DNA of 64,000 bases from Thermoguttaceae bacterium (GCA_031549145.1 JAVBQI010000051.1:1672-65671); one strand, 5' to 3'; counted from the first letter of the stretch, positions 42,784 through 52,954 are shown. Numbers and translations are program-made. Notes: generated by a model not told the origin, from the letters alone.

Positions 42784-45159
42784 CTATCTTCTTTCCTGCG
42801 GAAAATCGAGAGCCTCGCGCGAAGGGAGCTTCAATTCGAGTCCGGGCTTCAGATATTCCGCGTCGTCCCCGAGTACGTCTTCGTTCAGCCGATACAATTC
42901 CTGCCAACCTCGGACATCCCCCAACTCGTTTTTCGCGATGTTGAAAAGATTGTCCCCTTCCTGAACGGTGTAAACCAGCTCTTGCGAGGAGGCAACCGTC
43001 CCGGGAGAAATGTCGATCGACACCTCGGGTCGAGCCTTTCTCGATCCGGGCCGAAACGGTTCCGCCTTCTTTCCGCCCGAGTCAAGGGAAAGGGCCTGCT
43101 GCCCCGGCGAAAGGACCTGCCGTCCAGGCGAAAAGAGTTTTTCTCTCTGCAAATCCGCGGATTCGTCGATCTGATCTCGCGTCTGTGTAGGAAGGCTCGA
43201 TCGATTTGAGTCCAACGTCGCGACAGGCCGGGCCGTCGGCGAAGAGTCGGAAATCAGGGAAGTGACAACGGGCGGCGTCGAAAGTTCCGTCGAGGTCGAA
43301 CGTTGCGTCGGCGTCGACCGACCCGTCAAGGGAGACGCGGAAATGCCGACGGGGCCGGGGGCCTCCGCAACGAACGTCTCTTGCGGCGAGGAGCTGGTCG
43401 CCGTCGGGGAAAAGAGTGGTGCCCGGGTCAGCTTCGCGTTCCCTTTTGAAGTTGCACTCCCTTTCGCGGTCGGTCTTTCTTTTGAAGCCGTACTCCCTAT
43501 TGCGGTCGTATTTTCTCTTGAGGTCGGCTCTGTTTTTTGATCGGCGTATTTGGGGCGAGGCTGCGTCAAAACCGCTTGCGGCTCATTTTGTTGACGGACG
43601 GACGCGACCTGTTGTTGTTGCGGTTGTTGGGTCGAAGGTTGTGATTGCGGTTGCAACTGCCGCGATTGTTGCGACTGCTGTTGCAAAGACTGCTGCGGTT
43701 GAAGTTGCTGAGATTGTTGCAACGGCTGTTGCGTCAACGCGGTGCTTGTCGCGGAGATCGAATTCGCAACGACGGCAACCGGCTCCCGCATCGGCGAAAC
43801 GGCCGGAGCCGCTTCGGCGAGTGTCCGGCTTGTGAGCGGGGAGGTTTGTTCGGTCGTCAACGGGACCGATGTTCCGGAGAAGGAAGAACGGTCCGACGTA
43901 TTTTTCAAAGGCTCGCTGCCCGTTGAAACCGCAGTTGTCGAAACAGGGGTCGTTGAAACGGATGTCCCTGTCTCCGTCCCTGTCGAACCGGAAGCGGAGA
44001 GCAAACCGGGAGCGGAAGCCGAAACGGGAGCGAGGGCCGAAACGGATGCCGGGGTTGAAACCGTTTCGTGGGAAAAATCGTTGGTCAATGACGCGATTCC
44101 CGGATTTCCGGCGACGACATTGGAAAAGGGGTCCGGAACGTTCGATTCGATGCCCGCAACGTCCAACTCCGGCACGGCTTCGGTTCCGTACGGATCGGAG
44201 ATCATCGGCGGATCGTTTGCTGCGAACGAATCGACGGATTGCGTACCGATGAGCGGCTCAAGGGAATCGAGAGGGTTTTCCAAGGATTGTTCCAATGTCC
44301 CAGCTTCGGTCTCTGGAACGAGGGAAACGGCGGGCGGAGATTGTTTTTCGTTGGTCGAGGTTGACCCGACCGCCGAAGTGTAAGCCGGATTCGCTTCGAC
44401 CGGTTTCGAAAGCGGGGGTTCCGCGAGACGGTCGGGGGATTTCGAAGGGCTCTCTTTTTTCGCGAGAGTTTCGGAGAGGGATTCGGTCAACGGCTTGTTT
44501 TCGGCGAGGATCGCGGCGTTTTTTTTCGCGTGGGCGTAATACCGGTACCCGATCAAACCGCCGATTGACAGGAAAATCAGCGCGGCGGTCGCGACGATTT
44601 TGAATCGAATCGAGCGGATCGCGTTTTCGTAGGCCTCTTCGTCGAAGTCTTCTTCTCCGGAAACTTCTTCCTCTTCGCCATTTTCCTGCCGCAAGGCGGG
44701 CAGCGGAATTTCGTCCCGGAGTCCCTCGATTTTTCCTTCGATTTCCTCTTCGGAGAAATCCGGCGACTCGCTCTTTCGCAAACGCGAAAGCAGCGAAAAA
44801 GTGCGACTTTTCAAAAACGTGAACGAAACGACGGCCCCGTTGAGGCAAAAACGCGAGACGGCCCGAAGCACGGCGACGGTTCGCCAAAAAACGACCGCGG
44901 TTCCTCTCCAAAGATTCTTGACGAATTTCAAAAAATCGGCTCCGGGGTCGACGTCCGGCTCCGGCTCTTCGGTGAGGTCGTCCCGAATTTCGGTGGGAGC
45001 GACCGCGGCGGGCATTTCGAGTCCGGCCTGCGAAAGCGGCGGGGCCGATTCGAGTGCCGAGAGCTCAGCGTCGGAGACGGAGAACTCGACGAAATCCGGA
45101 AGTTGCGGTTTCGAAGAATGGAACTTTTCCCTGTTTTTATGATTTGATTTTCCCGACAT
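42784..45159 (-). CDS. LysM-domain protein with one TM segment and very long S/T/P/Q low-complexity region
   Basis: ORF 42784..45345, ATG at 45159 preferred. C-terminal LysM YTVQEGDNLFNIAKNELGD...YRLNEDVL...LKPGLELKLP. Q-rich tract QQSQQLQPQQSLQQQSQQSRQLQ. Confidence 0.8.
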   Translation of the reverse strand: MSGKSNHKNREKFHSSKPQLPDFVEFSVSDAELSALESAPPLSQAGLEMPAAVAPTEIRDDLTEEPEPDVDPGADFLKFVKNLWRGTAVVFWRTVAVLRAVSRFCLNGAVVSFTFLKSRTFSLLSRLRKSESPDFSEEEIEGKIEGLRDEIPLPALRQENGEEEEVSGEEDFDEEAYENAIRSIRFKIVATAALIFLSIGGLIGYRYYAHAKKNAAILAENKPLTESLSETLAKKESPSKSPDRLAEPPLSKPVEANPAYTSAVGSTSTNEKQSPPAVSLVPETEAGTLEQSLENPLDSLEPLIGTQSVDSFAANDPPMISDPYGTEAVPELDVAGIESNVPDPFSNVVAGNPGIASLTNDFSHETVSTPASVSALAPVSASAPGLLSASGSTGTETGTSVSTTPVSTTAVSTGSEPLKNTSDRSSFSGTSVPLTTEQTSPLTSRTLAEAAPAVSPMREPVAVVANSISATSTALTQQPLQQSQQLQPQQSLQQQSQQSRQLQPQSQPSTQQPQQQQVASVRQQNEPQAVLTQPRPKYADQKTEPTSRENTTAIGSTASKERPTAKGSATSKGNAKLTRAPLFSPTATSSSPQETFVAEAPGPVGISASPLTGRSTPTQRSTSTELSTPPVVTSLISDSSPTARPVATLDSNRSSLPTQTRDQIDESADLQREKLFSPGRQVLSPGQQALSLDSGGKKAEPFRPGSRKARPEVSIDISPGTVASSQELVYTVQEGDNLFNIAKNELGDVRGWQELYRLNEDVLGDDAEYLKPGLELKLPSREALDFPQERR

Positions 45160-45362
45160 TTTGCATCCTTGCAAACCCCTGATTGTGAGCGGAAATGAAC
45201 GGGGAATTGTACACGATTCGGCCGAATCGTACCAGAGGAAAATCGAAACATTGCCCCGATGATTGACTGGGGCAATGTTGGCAAAATAGCAAGACTGCCT
45301 GTTTTGTGGGAAATTCGTAAAACAGGCAGTAAAACACCGTCGCAACCTCTAAAAATCGCGTC

Positions 45363-46109
45363 TTACCGAAAGAATCGGGGGCGGCACTCGACCTGACGGT
45401 ACTCTTGAATGGTTACATTTTGGAACCAAATTTCCCCGCCGTGATCCTGGAACATGAGACGACCGTAACGATTTTCGCCAAACCCTTTCGCTTCGTTGAA
45501 TTTGCTCTCGGCGATATGCTTTCGCCAATCATTCGTGCCGGTATGCACGACCAAAACCCGTTGGTCGTTGAGCCAATGTTCGATTCGGTTGCCGAAAACG
45601 ACGATTTTCGTGTGGTTGAACTCCCCGGCCGGCTTCAAATGCTTGGAGGCATCGGGAGCGTAAACGTCGTACAACGAGCCGGTTTGGTTCTTCGGATTGA
45701 GTTCACTGGAGCGTTCGTCGTCGAGAATCTGGTATTCGCAACCGAGCCAACGGTTGCCGAATTTTCTGTATCGATATTTAACGCCACTGTTGGCCCCTTC
45801 GACGATTTTCCAGTCGAATTCGAGGACGAAATATTCATACGTTTTTTTGGAGATAATATCACCGGCCCGCTGTTCCCGATGCAAAACGCCGTCGTTCAAG
45901 ACCCAGCCGGGTCGAACCTCATCACCGCTCGCGGTCATCCAATTTTCGAGCGAATTGCCGGAAAAGAGCGGAACCTTCGACCCCAGAACGTAGGTGGGGG
46001 CATGGGGGCGTGCGAAAAGCAAGTGTCCCGGCCCGGCTGCGAAAACGGAGGAGCTGCTTAAAAGAAAAACCGCTATAACCGGCAAAACAATGGCTTGAGA
46101 ACGATTCAT
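45363..46109 (-). CDS. Secreted DUF1080 (3-keto-disaccharide hydrolase-like) protein
   Basis: Signal peptide. LFSGNSLENW, SGVKYRY, EYQILDD, and HGGEIWFQNVTIQE at the C-terminus. Confidence 0.85.
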   Translation of the reverse strand: MNRSQAIVLPVIAVFLLSSSSVFAAGPGHLLFARPHAPTYVLGSKVPLFSGNSLENWMTASGDEVRPGWVLNDGVLHREQRAGDIISKKTYEYFVLEFDWKIVEGANSGVKYRYRKFGNRWLGCEYQILDDERSSELNPKNQTGSLYDVYAPDASKHLKPAGEFNHTKIVVFGNRIEHWLNDQRVLVVHTGTNDWRKHIAESKFNEAKGFGENRYGRLMFQDHGGEIWFQNVTIQEYRQVECRPRFFR

Positions 46110-46242
46110 ATCTTTTCTCCGAATGGAAAAGTAGTGGGAATAAAGAGAACAGGCAAAAACAACCGCTTAATCCTACCATACTTTAGGTGATTTGGGAAGA
46201 TTTTTTGGTTAAAATGCAAGACGATTTTATTTCGAACGCGGC

Positions 46243-46345
46243 AAACAGCAGCCCGAAGCGTCAGCGCCGGGTTGGCCTCGCGTTTTCGTGTTGGGAAACC
46301 GGGCGCTGACGCTTCCGGCTGCTGTCCGATTCGAGATTTTTCCGA
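46243..46345 (+). repeat. Repeat family C copy 2
   Basis: AAACAGCAGCCCGAAGCGTCAGCGCCGGGTTGGCCTCGCG...GGGCGCTGACGCTTCCGGCTGCTGTCCGATTCGAGATTTTT. Confidence 0.9.
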
Positions 46346-46515
46346 AAATCCCGACTTTGCAGTTCTCTTGATTTTCTGCAAACCTCACTGTTTTTTCGGC
46401 GATTCCTGGTTAAAATGTAAGGTAAAGAGGCGTCGATTCAACGTCAATCGGAAATCTCTGCATTCAAGCCGCGATCCGAGGAGCATTCGGCAGTCGTAAC
46501 CAAGAGGGACAACAA

Positions 46516-46785
46516 ATGAAATTTTTTCGATATTGCTATCATTATTTGCTTTCGCTCTTTTTCGTCCTTCTCAGTAGCGGATTAATTTTCGCCGCCGGAA
46601 GAGACGAGGATAAACCGCCGCCGCCGGAGCCGGAATGGATCCTTTCCTACGCGCTGCTCGCCGGTTGCGTTACATTGGGATTGATATTGATTCTTCGATC
46701 CGGTCGCCGGGCCGATTCCATTATCGATGAGTATGACCGGAAAAGAATGCAAGAAGAAGAATTGAAAAGAATGGGGAAACACTGA
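46516..46785 (+). CDS. Small two-TM membrane protein, unknown function
   Basis: 89-aa ORF with two hydrophobic segments and a charged C-terminus. No motif. Confidence 0.45.
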   Translation: MKFFRYCYHYLLSLFFVLLSSGLIFAAGRDEDKPPPPEPEWILSYALLAGCVTLGLILILRSGRRADSIIDEYDRKRMQEEELKRMGKH

Positions 46786-46790
46786 GGCAA

Positions 46791-46850
46791 GGCTGTAGGC
46801 TATAGACTGTAGGCTGTAGGGAATGGTTGGAAAATGGGGTCGGCTGCCAA
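46791..46850 (+). repeat. Heptamer hairpin H9: (CTGTAGG/CTATAGA)x4 + GGTTGGAAAA core, right arm degenerate
   Basis: GGCTGTAGGCTATAGACTGTAGGCTGTAGGGAATGGTTGGAAAATGGGGTCGGCTGCC. Confidence 0.88.
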
Positions 46851-47062
46851 CGACCTTCAATCAATAGCCTTTGCCCAAAGTTTTATGTGTCTCCAAATGT
46901 AAACTTGATGCTATACCGTACGCGGTATTGCGGTAAGCCTTCGGCCTCATTTAGTCCGCAGCCTCGTTGGGCTGCTAACTTATTGCATGCCGAGCACTTA
47001 CCGATTCGGACTCGAAAAAATGGAAAAGGAGAAAAGTCGAATTTTTCGACTTCGCAAAGTAT

Positions 47063-47737
47063 ATGCTCAACGTCGAACGGATCAGTAAGGAGTATCCGGC
47101 GAGGAGCGGGACGATTTCGGTGTTGCGGGATTGTTCGTTTTCGCTGGAAAAAGGGGAATCGCTCGCGGTTCTCGGACCGAGCGGTTCAGGCAAGAGTACG
47201 CTTCTGAGCATTCTCGGAACCTTGGAATCACCGAGCGGCGGGGCGTTGGAGTTGGACGGAATCCGGCCGTTCGGGCTGGGCGAAAAGGAATTGGCCGCGT
47301 TTCGACGGGAAAAGATCGGGTTCGTTTTTCAGGATCATCATTTGCTGCCGCAATGCAATGCTCTTGAGAATGTGCTGATTCCGTTTTTGGCCGAAGGGCG
47401 TGTTTCGAGTTCGCAATCGGATTTTGCCCTCGAATTGTTGGAAAAAGTCGGTCTCGCCGAGCGGATCGATCATCGGCCGGGCGAACTTTCGGGGGGCGAG
47501 CGGCAACGGGTCGCGATCGCCCGGGCGCTGGTCCGGCGGCCGTCGTTGATTTTGGCCGACGAGCCGACCGGGAATCTCGACCGGACGACGGCGGCGAGCG
47601 TTACGGAATTGCTTTTTTCGCTGCTCGATTCGAGTTGGAGCCTGATTTTGGCGACGCACGATCTTTCCCTGGCCGGAAAATTGAAATACCAAAAAGAGAT
47701 CGACGACGGCCGGTTGCTCGACCGCGCCAAAGGGTGA
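47063..47737 (+). CDS. ABC transporter ATP-binding protein (LolD/MacB-type), no adjacent permease
   Basis: Walker A GPSGSGKST, Q-loop, signature LSGGERQRVAIARAL, Walker B LILADEPT. Confidence 0.92.
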   Translation: MLNVERISKEYPARSGTISVLRDCSFSLEKGESLAVLGPSGSGKSTLLSILGTLESPSGGALELDGIRPFGLGEKELAAFRREKIGFVFQDHHLLPQCNALENVLIPFLAEGRVSSSQSDFALELLEKVGLAERIDHRPGELSGGERQRVAIARALVRRPSLILADEPTGNLDRTTAASVTELLFSLLDSSWSLILATHDLSLAGKLKYQKEIDDGRLLDRAKG

Positions 47738-47798
47738 AAAAGGGACGTTCCATATCATTGAAATACAATTATCGTAAAATCATCAACATCATCAACAA

Positions 47799-48377
47799 AT
47801 GCAAACAACGAGTGTCGTGCTTGTCGGGGTCGGTGGGCAGGGAATTTTATTGGCGAGCGAAATCATCGCTCAAGCGGCCGTCGCCGCCGGGTTCGACGTC
47901 AAGACGAACGAAGTGCATGGGATGGCCCAGCGGGGCGGATCGGTGATCGCGCAAATCCGTTTCGGCGAGAAGGTTTATTCCCCGCTCGTTCCGCAACAAT
48001 CGGCCAGCGTCCTCGGCTCTCTCGAACGTATGGAATCCCTGCGGTATGTCGATTACCTGGCACCCGGAGGGTTGGCCGTCGTTTCCGACCAGCGAATCAT
48101 TCCGGTGAGCGCTTCGACCGGCCCGGTCAAGTATCCGGAAATCGACGCGGCGGTGTTGCGGGAACATTTTCCCCGGCTGATTTATCTCGACGCCGTCGGC
48201 GAGGCGACCCGGCTGGGGAACCCGAAAGCGGCCAACACGATCCTGCTTGGGGCGATGTCGCGGGAAATCCGGCTGCCCGAAACCGCTTGGGAAACGGCCC
48301 TTCGCAAAAGCGTCAAGGAAAAATTTCTCGACGTCAATCTTAAGGCCTTCGCAATCGGACGAGGAATGAAGGAATGA
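47799..48377 (+). CDS. iorB: Indolepyruvate/2-oxoacid:ferredoxin oxidoreductase beta(gamma-like) subunit, no adjacent alpha subunit
   Basis: VGVGGQGILLASEIIAQAA...EVHGMAQRGGSVIAQIRFG is typical of the IorB / POR-gamma family. Confidence 0.8.
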   Translation: MQTTSVVLVGVGGQGILLASEIIAQAAVAAGFDVKTNEVHGMAQRGGSVIAQIRFGEKVYSPLVPQQSASVLGSLERMESLRYVDYLAPGGLAVVSDQRIIPVSASTGPVKYPEIDAAVLREHFPRLIYLDAVGEATRLGNPKAANTILLGAMSREIRLPETAWETALRKSVKEKFLDVNLKAFAIGRGMKE

Positions 48378-48490
48378 AAATTTAGAATTAAAAATTATGA
48401 ATTAAGAATTATTTTGGGAAGCCTCTTCGCGACCGTAGGCCGCGGCTCTCTTCCCACTTCCCACTTCCCACTATCCTCTATCCTCTAACA
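48378..48490 (+). repeat. Composite heptamer cassette H8, second copy of the H6 architecture, ending 4 nt before ATG 48491
   Basis: TTAGAATTAAAAATTATGAATTAAGAATTAT - TTTGGGAAGCCTCTTCGCGACCGTAGGCCGCGGCTCT - CTTCCCACTTCCCACTTCCCACT - ATCCTCTATCCTCT - AACA - ATG. Confidence 0.9.
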
Positions 48491-49162
48491 ATGTACTTTT
48501 CCCTTGACCAGCCGGTTGGTGCTCCGCCGCTTTCGGAATGCGTTTTTCCGGGCGATCGGGTCGTGATTGTGCCGGATAAGCGCATCGCCCGGGAAGAGGA
48601 GGTGCTCGCGGAACTGGCTTCGCAAGTTTTCCGGCTTTGCACGGAACCGGAAGAGATCGCGATTGTCTTAACCGAGGAAGAGGAAAAGAAAAAAGGGACG
48701 GCCCTGCGGAACGCTCTGCACGATCGGTTGTCCGAGACAAACGGCGAGCCGGTCCGGATCGCGATTCATTCTCCCGCCGAGCGGAAAACGCTGGGATTTC
48801 TCGCCGCCAACGACAAAGGGGAACCGGTCGGCCTTTGCCGGACGATCCTGGACGCCGATTTCGTGATTCCGGTCGGCGAAATCCCCTCGAAACCGTACGT
48901 CGGTTATTACGGCGTTTACACCGCCCTGTTTCCGCGGTTTTGCGACGAAGAAACGCAAATCCGTTTTCTCCGCGCCGAGCAGGGCAATCCCGACGCCAAA
49001 CTCAAGAAGCGGCTGCTCGGCGAAGTCGAGGAAATGGCCGCGTTTCTCGGCATTCTCCTGACGATTCAGCGGAGCGGTTCGGCATGGTCGTGCGGGTTGC
49101 CGACGACGTTCGGCGTTCCGGCACGTTCGAGCGCCCGGCGTTCAGTGGACTCGCCGCGTTAG
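48491..49162 (+). CDS. LarA N-terminal-domain-like (DUF2088-like) protein, apparently truncated
   Basis: The pattern PPLSE...GDRVVIVPD...EEIAIVL...IAIHSP...LGFL...GEPV...ILDADFVIPVG resembles the N-terminal half of lactate-racemase-like proteins. The ORF stops at 223 aa and lacks a C-terminal half. Confidence 0.5.
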   Translation: MYFSLDQPVGAPPLSECVFPGDRVVIVPDKRIAREEEVLAELASQVFRLCTEPEEIAIVLTEEEEKKKGTALRNALHDRLSETNGEPVRIAIHSPAERKTLGFLAANDKGEPVGLCRTILDADFVIPVGEIPSKPYVGYYGVYTALFPRFCDEETQIRFLRAEQGNPDAKLKKRLLGEVEEMAAFLGILLTIQRSGSAWSCGLPTTFGVPARSSARRSVDSPR

Positions 49163-49236
49163 AAGGGAGCAACAAGGTGAGCCCGGGATTTCGCGGTCAA
49201 AATTCGGATACGGTTGTCGGGTTCAGGGCCTGGTCG

Positions 49237-50451
49237 ATGATCCCGTTCGCCCTGGTGATCGGCGTCGGGTGCTCGCTCTTGCTCATCCTCATCTCGGAGG
49301 CGGCCCGGTTGCTCGAACGGTTTTGGTGGTCGGTATTGCCGATGCAGTTCGGGGTTGATCCGTTCGGGCCGACTTGGATTTTCACCATTTTGACGCTCAC
49401 CGGCTTGCTGGTTGGGCTGATCGTTTGGAAGGTCCCGGGACATGCCGGACCGGACCCCGCGACCATCTCGCTCATTGACGAACCATTCCACGCCTCGGTC
49501 GTGCCCGGGCTTTTGCTCGCCGCCGTCCTGATGCTCGCCGGCGGCGTCAGCCTCGGGCCGGAAAACCCGATCATGGGGGCGAATATCGCGCTCGCGGTGT
49601 TTTTAGGACGAAGGTTCGTGCCGCGTACCGATCAGGCCGTTTGGAAAACCCTCGCGATCGCCGGGACCGTCGGAGCCTTGTTCGGAACGCCGCTCGCCGT
49701 CGCCTTGATGCTTTCGGAAATTCCGGGCAACGATCCGAAAGTTCCCCTTTGGGATCGATTGGTCGTCCCGCTTATCGCGGCCGGCGCGGGAGCCTTGACC
49801 ACGAAAGCGTTGGCCGGTTCCGTTTTTTCGATCGTGTTGCCGAACTATCCCGGCTTCCAATGGGTCGATCTGCTGAGCGGTTCGTTGATCGCAGCGGTCG
49901 CGGCCCTGATCGGGCTGATCGCCGTGTACGTCTATCCCTGGGCACATCGACTGTTCGCCCGGCTCGGATTTCAGCCGCTGATGATCGTCATCGGCGGAAT
50001 GCTGCTGGGGGTGCTCGGAATGATCGGCGGGGAAATCACGCTCTCGAAAGGGTTGGATCAGATGCGGGAATTGACCGACCGGATCGGGGAGGATTCGTTT
50101 TCGGGGCTGGTTCTCATCATCACGGTCAAACTGGCGGCGATCGTCGTCGCGGCGAGCTGCTGTTTTCGCGGCGGCCGCATTTTCCCTTCGCTGTTCGTCG
50201 GCGTCGCCGTCGGGGTCGCGGCCCATGTTCTCTGTCCGGCGATTCCGGCGGCGTTGGCCGTCGCCGCCGGAGCGGTCGGCATGTCGCTGGCGATCACGCG
50301 GCAAGGTTGGCTCTCGTTTTTTATGGCCGCGATCCTGGTCCCGCAATTCGCGATCATGAGCATCCTGTGCCTGTGCATGATCCCGGCGTGGGTTCTCACC
50401 AGCGGGCGACCGGAAATGGTCGTCGAAAAAAGCGAAGCGGTCCGTCATTGA
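49237..50451 (+). CDS. ClC-family voltage-gated chloride channel / antiporter
   Basis: 3' part of ORF 48637..50451. ATG at 49237, with an alternative GTG at 49177. About 10 or more TM segments. GVSLGPENP, GTVGALFGTPL and GGRIFPSLFVG are ClC-like selectivity motifs. Confidence 0.8.
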   Translation: MIPFALVIGVGCSLLLILISEAARLLERFWWSVLPMQFGVDPFGPTWIFTILTLTGLLVGLIVWKVPGHAGPDPATISLIDEPFHASVVPGLLLAAVLMLAGGVSLGPENPIMGANIALAVFLGRRFVPRTDQAVWKTLAIAGTVGALFGTPLAVALMLSEIPGNDPKVPLWDRLVVPLIAAGAGALTTKALAGSVFSIVLPNYPGFQWVDLLSGSLIAAVAALIGLIAVYVYPWAHRLFARLGFQPLMIVIGGMLLGVLGMIGGEITLSKGLDQMRELTDRIGEDSFSGLVLIITVKLAAIVVAASCCFRGGRIFPSLFVGVAVGVAAHVLCPAIPAALAVAAGAVGMSLAITRQGWLSFFMAAILVPQFAIMSILCLCMIPAWVLTSGRPEMVVEKSEAVRH

Positions 50452-50523
50452 TGCGGCTTAGCGACTTCGCAACTTAGCGGCTTGGAAAACACGATTTGCT
50501 AAGCCGCCAATTGCGAGTGCGTG

Positions 50524-51684
50524 TTATTCCGCTTTTTTGGCTGTCTCGCCGAAGGTTGCGCCGAGATATTCGAAAAATTCCGGGCCGCAACCGTAGGAAA
50601 GAACGACCGTGTTCTGGTTTTTTTGGCTTGAGACGCTGATTTTCGCGAGAATCGGCGCCAGTTTCAGCAGCCGGGGGTCGATGTTTTTCGGCGCCATTTC
50701 CGGCGATTTCAGCACCACAGCGCTGATCGCGGGAATTTTCGAGAAATCCGCCGCGATTCTTTTCGCGTCGTCCTCGCTTCGGGTCGTCAAACGGATCGTT
50801 CCGACCGTCGTTCCGGCCTGATCCCCGACGACGGCTTCAAGCCGTTCCAGTTTCTCAAGCGTCCCGACGAGCGATTTCAAGAGGACATTGCCCTGGGACT
50901 GTTTTTTGACTTGAACGAGAACGTTATTTTTCGTTTTCTCAAAAAAAGACGGATTGATCGCAAAGCGGAACAAAGGAGACTGCCCGCCGAAAAGCTCCTC
51001 CGCGAAACGCTGGGAGCGGACGACGTTCAATTGCCGTTCGATGCGATCCTGCTTTTCGCTGACGACGACGGCGTATTCCGCCCGCTGGTGCAAGGGAGCG
51101 TAGCCGGCGAATCGCGTTCCGATGTTCGTTTCGAAACGATAAATCGCGAAATCCCCCTTTTTTTGAACGATCGAATAGTGATCCTTGTCGATGTATTTCA
51201 AAAAACTTTCGATTTCCGACGGATTCGAACGAAGCACCACCGTCAAGGCTCCTTCGGTTTTCGGAGCGGTCTCCGGCTTGCCGGGGGCCGGAACGGCCCA
51301 GACGTTCATTTGCACGGCGAGAAGCCTTTCGAAAACCACGCCGAAGGCGACCTTCGAGCCGGGGTTTTCCGTGCCGGAAACGGCTTGGGATCGTTCCCAG
51401 ATCATTTGGGCCAGTTCATTCGGAAAATGAGGAATGCTTTGCAGTCTCGCGTAATCGGTGTCGATTTTCCCGGTGATCGCTTCGACGAAACTGCCGAACT
51501 CAGGCATCGCCTTCAGCTTTTGTACGGCTTGGGAGTCAAGAGCCCGGTCGAGGTTCAAGGTTGCCGTTACATCGGGCGCGGGAAAATCCTCGACTGGAAG
51601 AAATTGACGGATCAGCTGCCCGCCCAAAAAGAAAAAGGTGGTCAACCCAATCGCGGCGGTCAAAAGAATGAAAGTTTTTCGCAC
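50524..51684 (-). CDS. Membrane-anchored/secreted hypothetical protein
   Basis: 386-aa ORF with an N-terminal hydrophobic segment (MRKTFILLTAAIGLTTFFFLGG) and balanced composition. The antisense ORF is Arg-rich. Confidence 0.6.
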   Translation of the reverse strand: MRKTFILLTAAIGLTTFFFLGGQLIRQFLPVEDFPAPDVTATLNLDRALDSQAVQKLKAMPEFGSFVEAITGKIDTDYARLQSIPHFPNELAQMIWERSQAVSGTENPGSKVAFGVVFERLLAVQMNVWAVPAPGKPETAPKTEGALTVVLRSNPSEIESFLKYIDKDHYSIVQKKGDFAIYRFETNIGTRFAGYAPLHQRAEYAVVVSEKQDRIERQLNVVRSQRFAEELFGGQSPLFRFAINPSFFEKTKNNVLVQVKKQSQGNVLLKSLVGTLEKLERLEAVVGDQAGTTVGTIRLTTRSEDDAKRIAADFSKIPAISAVVLKSPEMAPKNIDPRLLKLAPILAKISVSSQKNQNTVVLSYGCGPEFFEYLGATFGETAKKAE

Positions 51685-51849
51685 GTTTTTTTTCTGTTCA
51701 ATGATCCTATTCGAGAGTCCCGGCGAATTTGACGGAATACGATCGACGGAAAACCAATTCCCGCGTCTTCGATATTGACGCTCAGAGACCGCGCTTCGTT
51801 ACGACAAATCACCGGCCGGGAGTTTTCCGAGCCGCCCTTCAATCCCGCA

Positions 51850-52644
51850 TCAACTCGCCGGAGTCAGGCTCAGAACGGAGGCCGGAATCGTTTCCGTCGT
51901 CGGCGAGACGGTTTTCGCTTCGGCCCGTTGCAGGAATCGCGGGATTTTTTTGGCCGTTTCGGGTTTCCTGCCGCCGAAAACGGCGAACCCGAAATACTTC
52001 CAAACGACCTCAATACTCTCAAAGCCGGCTTTTCCGAGCCAACGAAGGTGATGTCCGAGCGGTGCGGGGAAATCCTCCGATGCGTAACGCTTGAGCCATT
52101 CGTTTTGAATTGATTCCTCCGACACGTTTTGTCGCATGTAATCGACCCAACGGTCGAGATACAACCGGTCGAGATGCGGTGTCGGCCCGAGAACCGAATC
52201 GGCATTGAAAAACCAGCCGTTTTCGCGAAGGGAGTTGAAGATTTTTCGGTACATCGCGAGTTTTTTCCGGTCGCTTTCGAGATGATGTAGCGCGAGCGAG
52301 GAGACCACGAGATCGAACGTTCCGGTCGGAAAACCGTAGCGCGAAAAATCGGCGGACACGAACACCGTTTCCGCCCGGTCGGCCATTTTTCGTTTGCACA
52401 TCTCGATCATTTTCGGGGCGGCGTCCAAACAGGTCAACCTCGCGTTCGGGAAGGTTTCGGCCAACATCCGGGAAAGAGTGCCGGTCCCGCAGCCGAGGTC
52501 GAGCACCCTGATCGGCTTGGTTTTCTCGAACGGGACCGCTTCGACCAAAGCGCGGAGCATGGTCGTGTAGTGCGGGATCAACCGAACGATGATCCCGTCG
52601 AACTCTTCCGCTTCCGAATCGAAATGCCGTTTGACAGGGTCCAT
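51850..52644 (-). CDS. Class I SAM-dependent methyltransferase
   Basis: Motif I VLDLGCGTGTLSRMLAE, post-I LTCLDAAPKM, DLVVSSLALHHL. Confidence 0.88.
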   Translation of the reverse strand: MDPVKRHFDSEAEEFDGIIVRLIPHYTTMLRALVEAVPFEKTKPIRVLDLGCGTGTLSRMLAETFPNARLTCLDAAPKMIEMCKRKMADRAETVFVSADFSRYGFPTGTFDLVVSSLALHHLESDRKKLAMYRKIFNSLRENGWFFNADSVLGPTPHLDRLYLDRWVDYMRQNVSEESIQNEWLKRYASEDFPAPLGHHLRWLGKAGFESIEVVWKYFGFAVFGGRKPETAKKIPRFLQRAEAKTVSPTTETIPASVLSLTPAS

Positions 52645-52767
52645 ATTACCGAAAATGTTATTACGTTTTCCCGTTTACGTTTCTCTTTTTAGCACAGGAA
52701 AGCGCTTGAGGCAACATCTCAAAGGGGTTGCAAGGTTTTTTTATGCGCAGCGCAAAAAAAAATATTT

Positions 52768-52860
52768 GATCTGACTTTCCGTCATCCCCGCGCAGGCGGG
52801 GATCCAGAGATTACGGTTTCCCTCTGGACCCCCGCCTACGCGGGGGTGACGAAAGTCATT
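52768..52860 (+). repeat. Repeat family A copy 3
   Basis: Differs from copy 1 at only a few positions across about 93 nt. Confidence 0.9.
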
Positions 52861-52886
52861 GTCTCAAAAATTGAACAGGCGAAATC

Positions 52887-52930
52887 ACAAGGTCCGCCAG
52901 TTGCGCTGCGTTCCTTTCCGGCTTTTATTC
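52887..52930 (+). repeat. Family G half-copy fused to a GGTCCGC module
   Basis: ACAAGGTCCGCCAGTTGCGCTGCGTTCCTTTCCGGCTTTTATTC. Confidence 0.8.
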
Positions 52931-52954
52931 CTGGACGGCGTCACCCCGCCACCT

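Noticed and set aside
46931-47003. 73-nt fold with a 7-bp closing stem (CGGTAAG/CTTACCG) and internal hairpins including a UUCG loop. The size is tRNA-like.
   Set aside because: There is no T-loop GTTC, no 7-nt anticodon loop (the candidate stem gives a 6- or 8-nt loop) and no D-arm. I did not list it as a feature, though an unrelated small structured RNA is not excluded.
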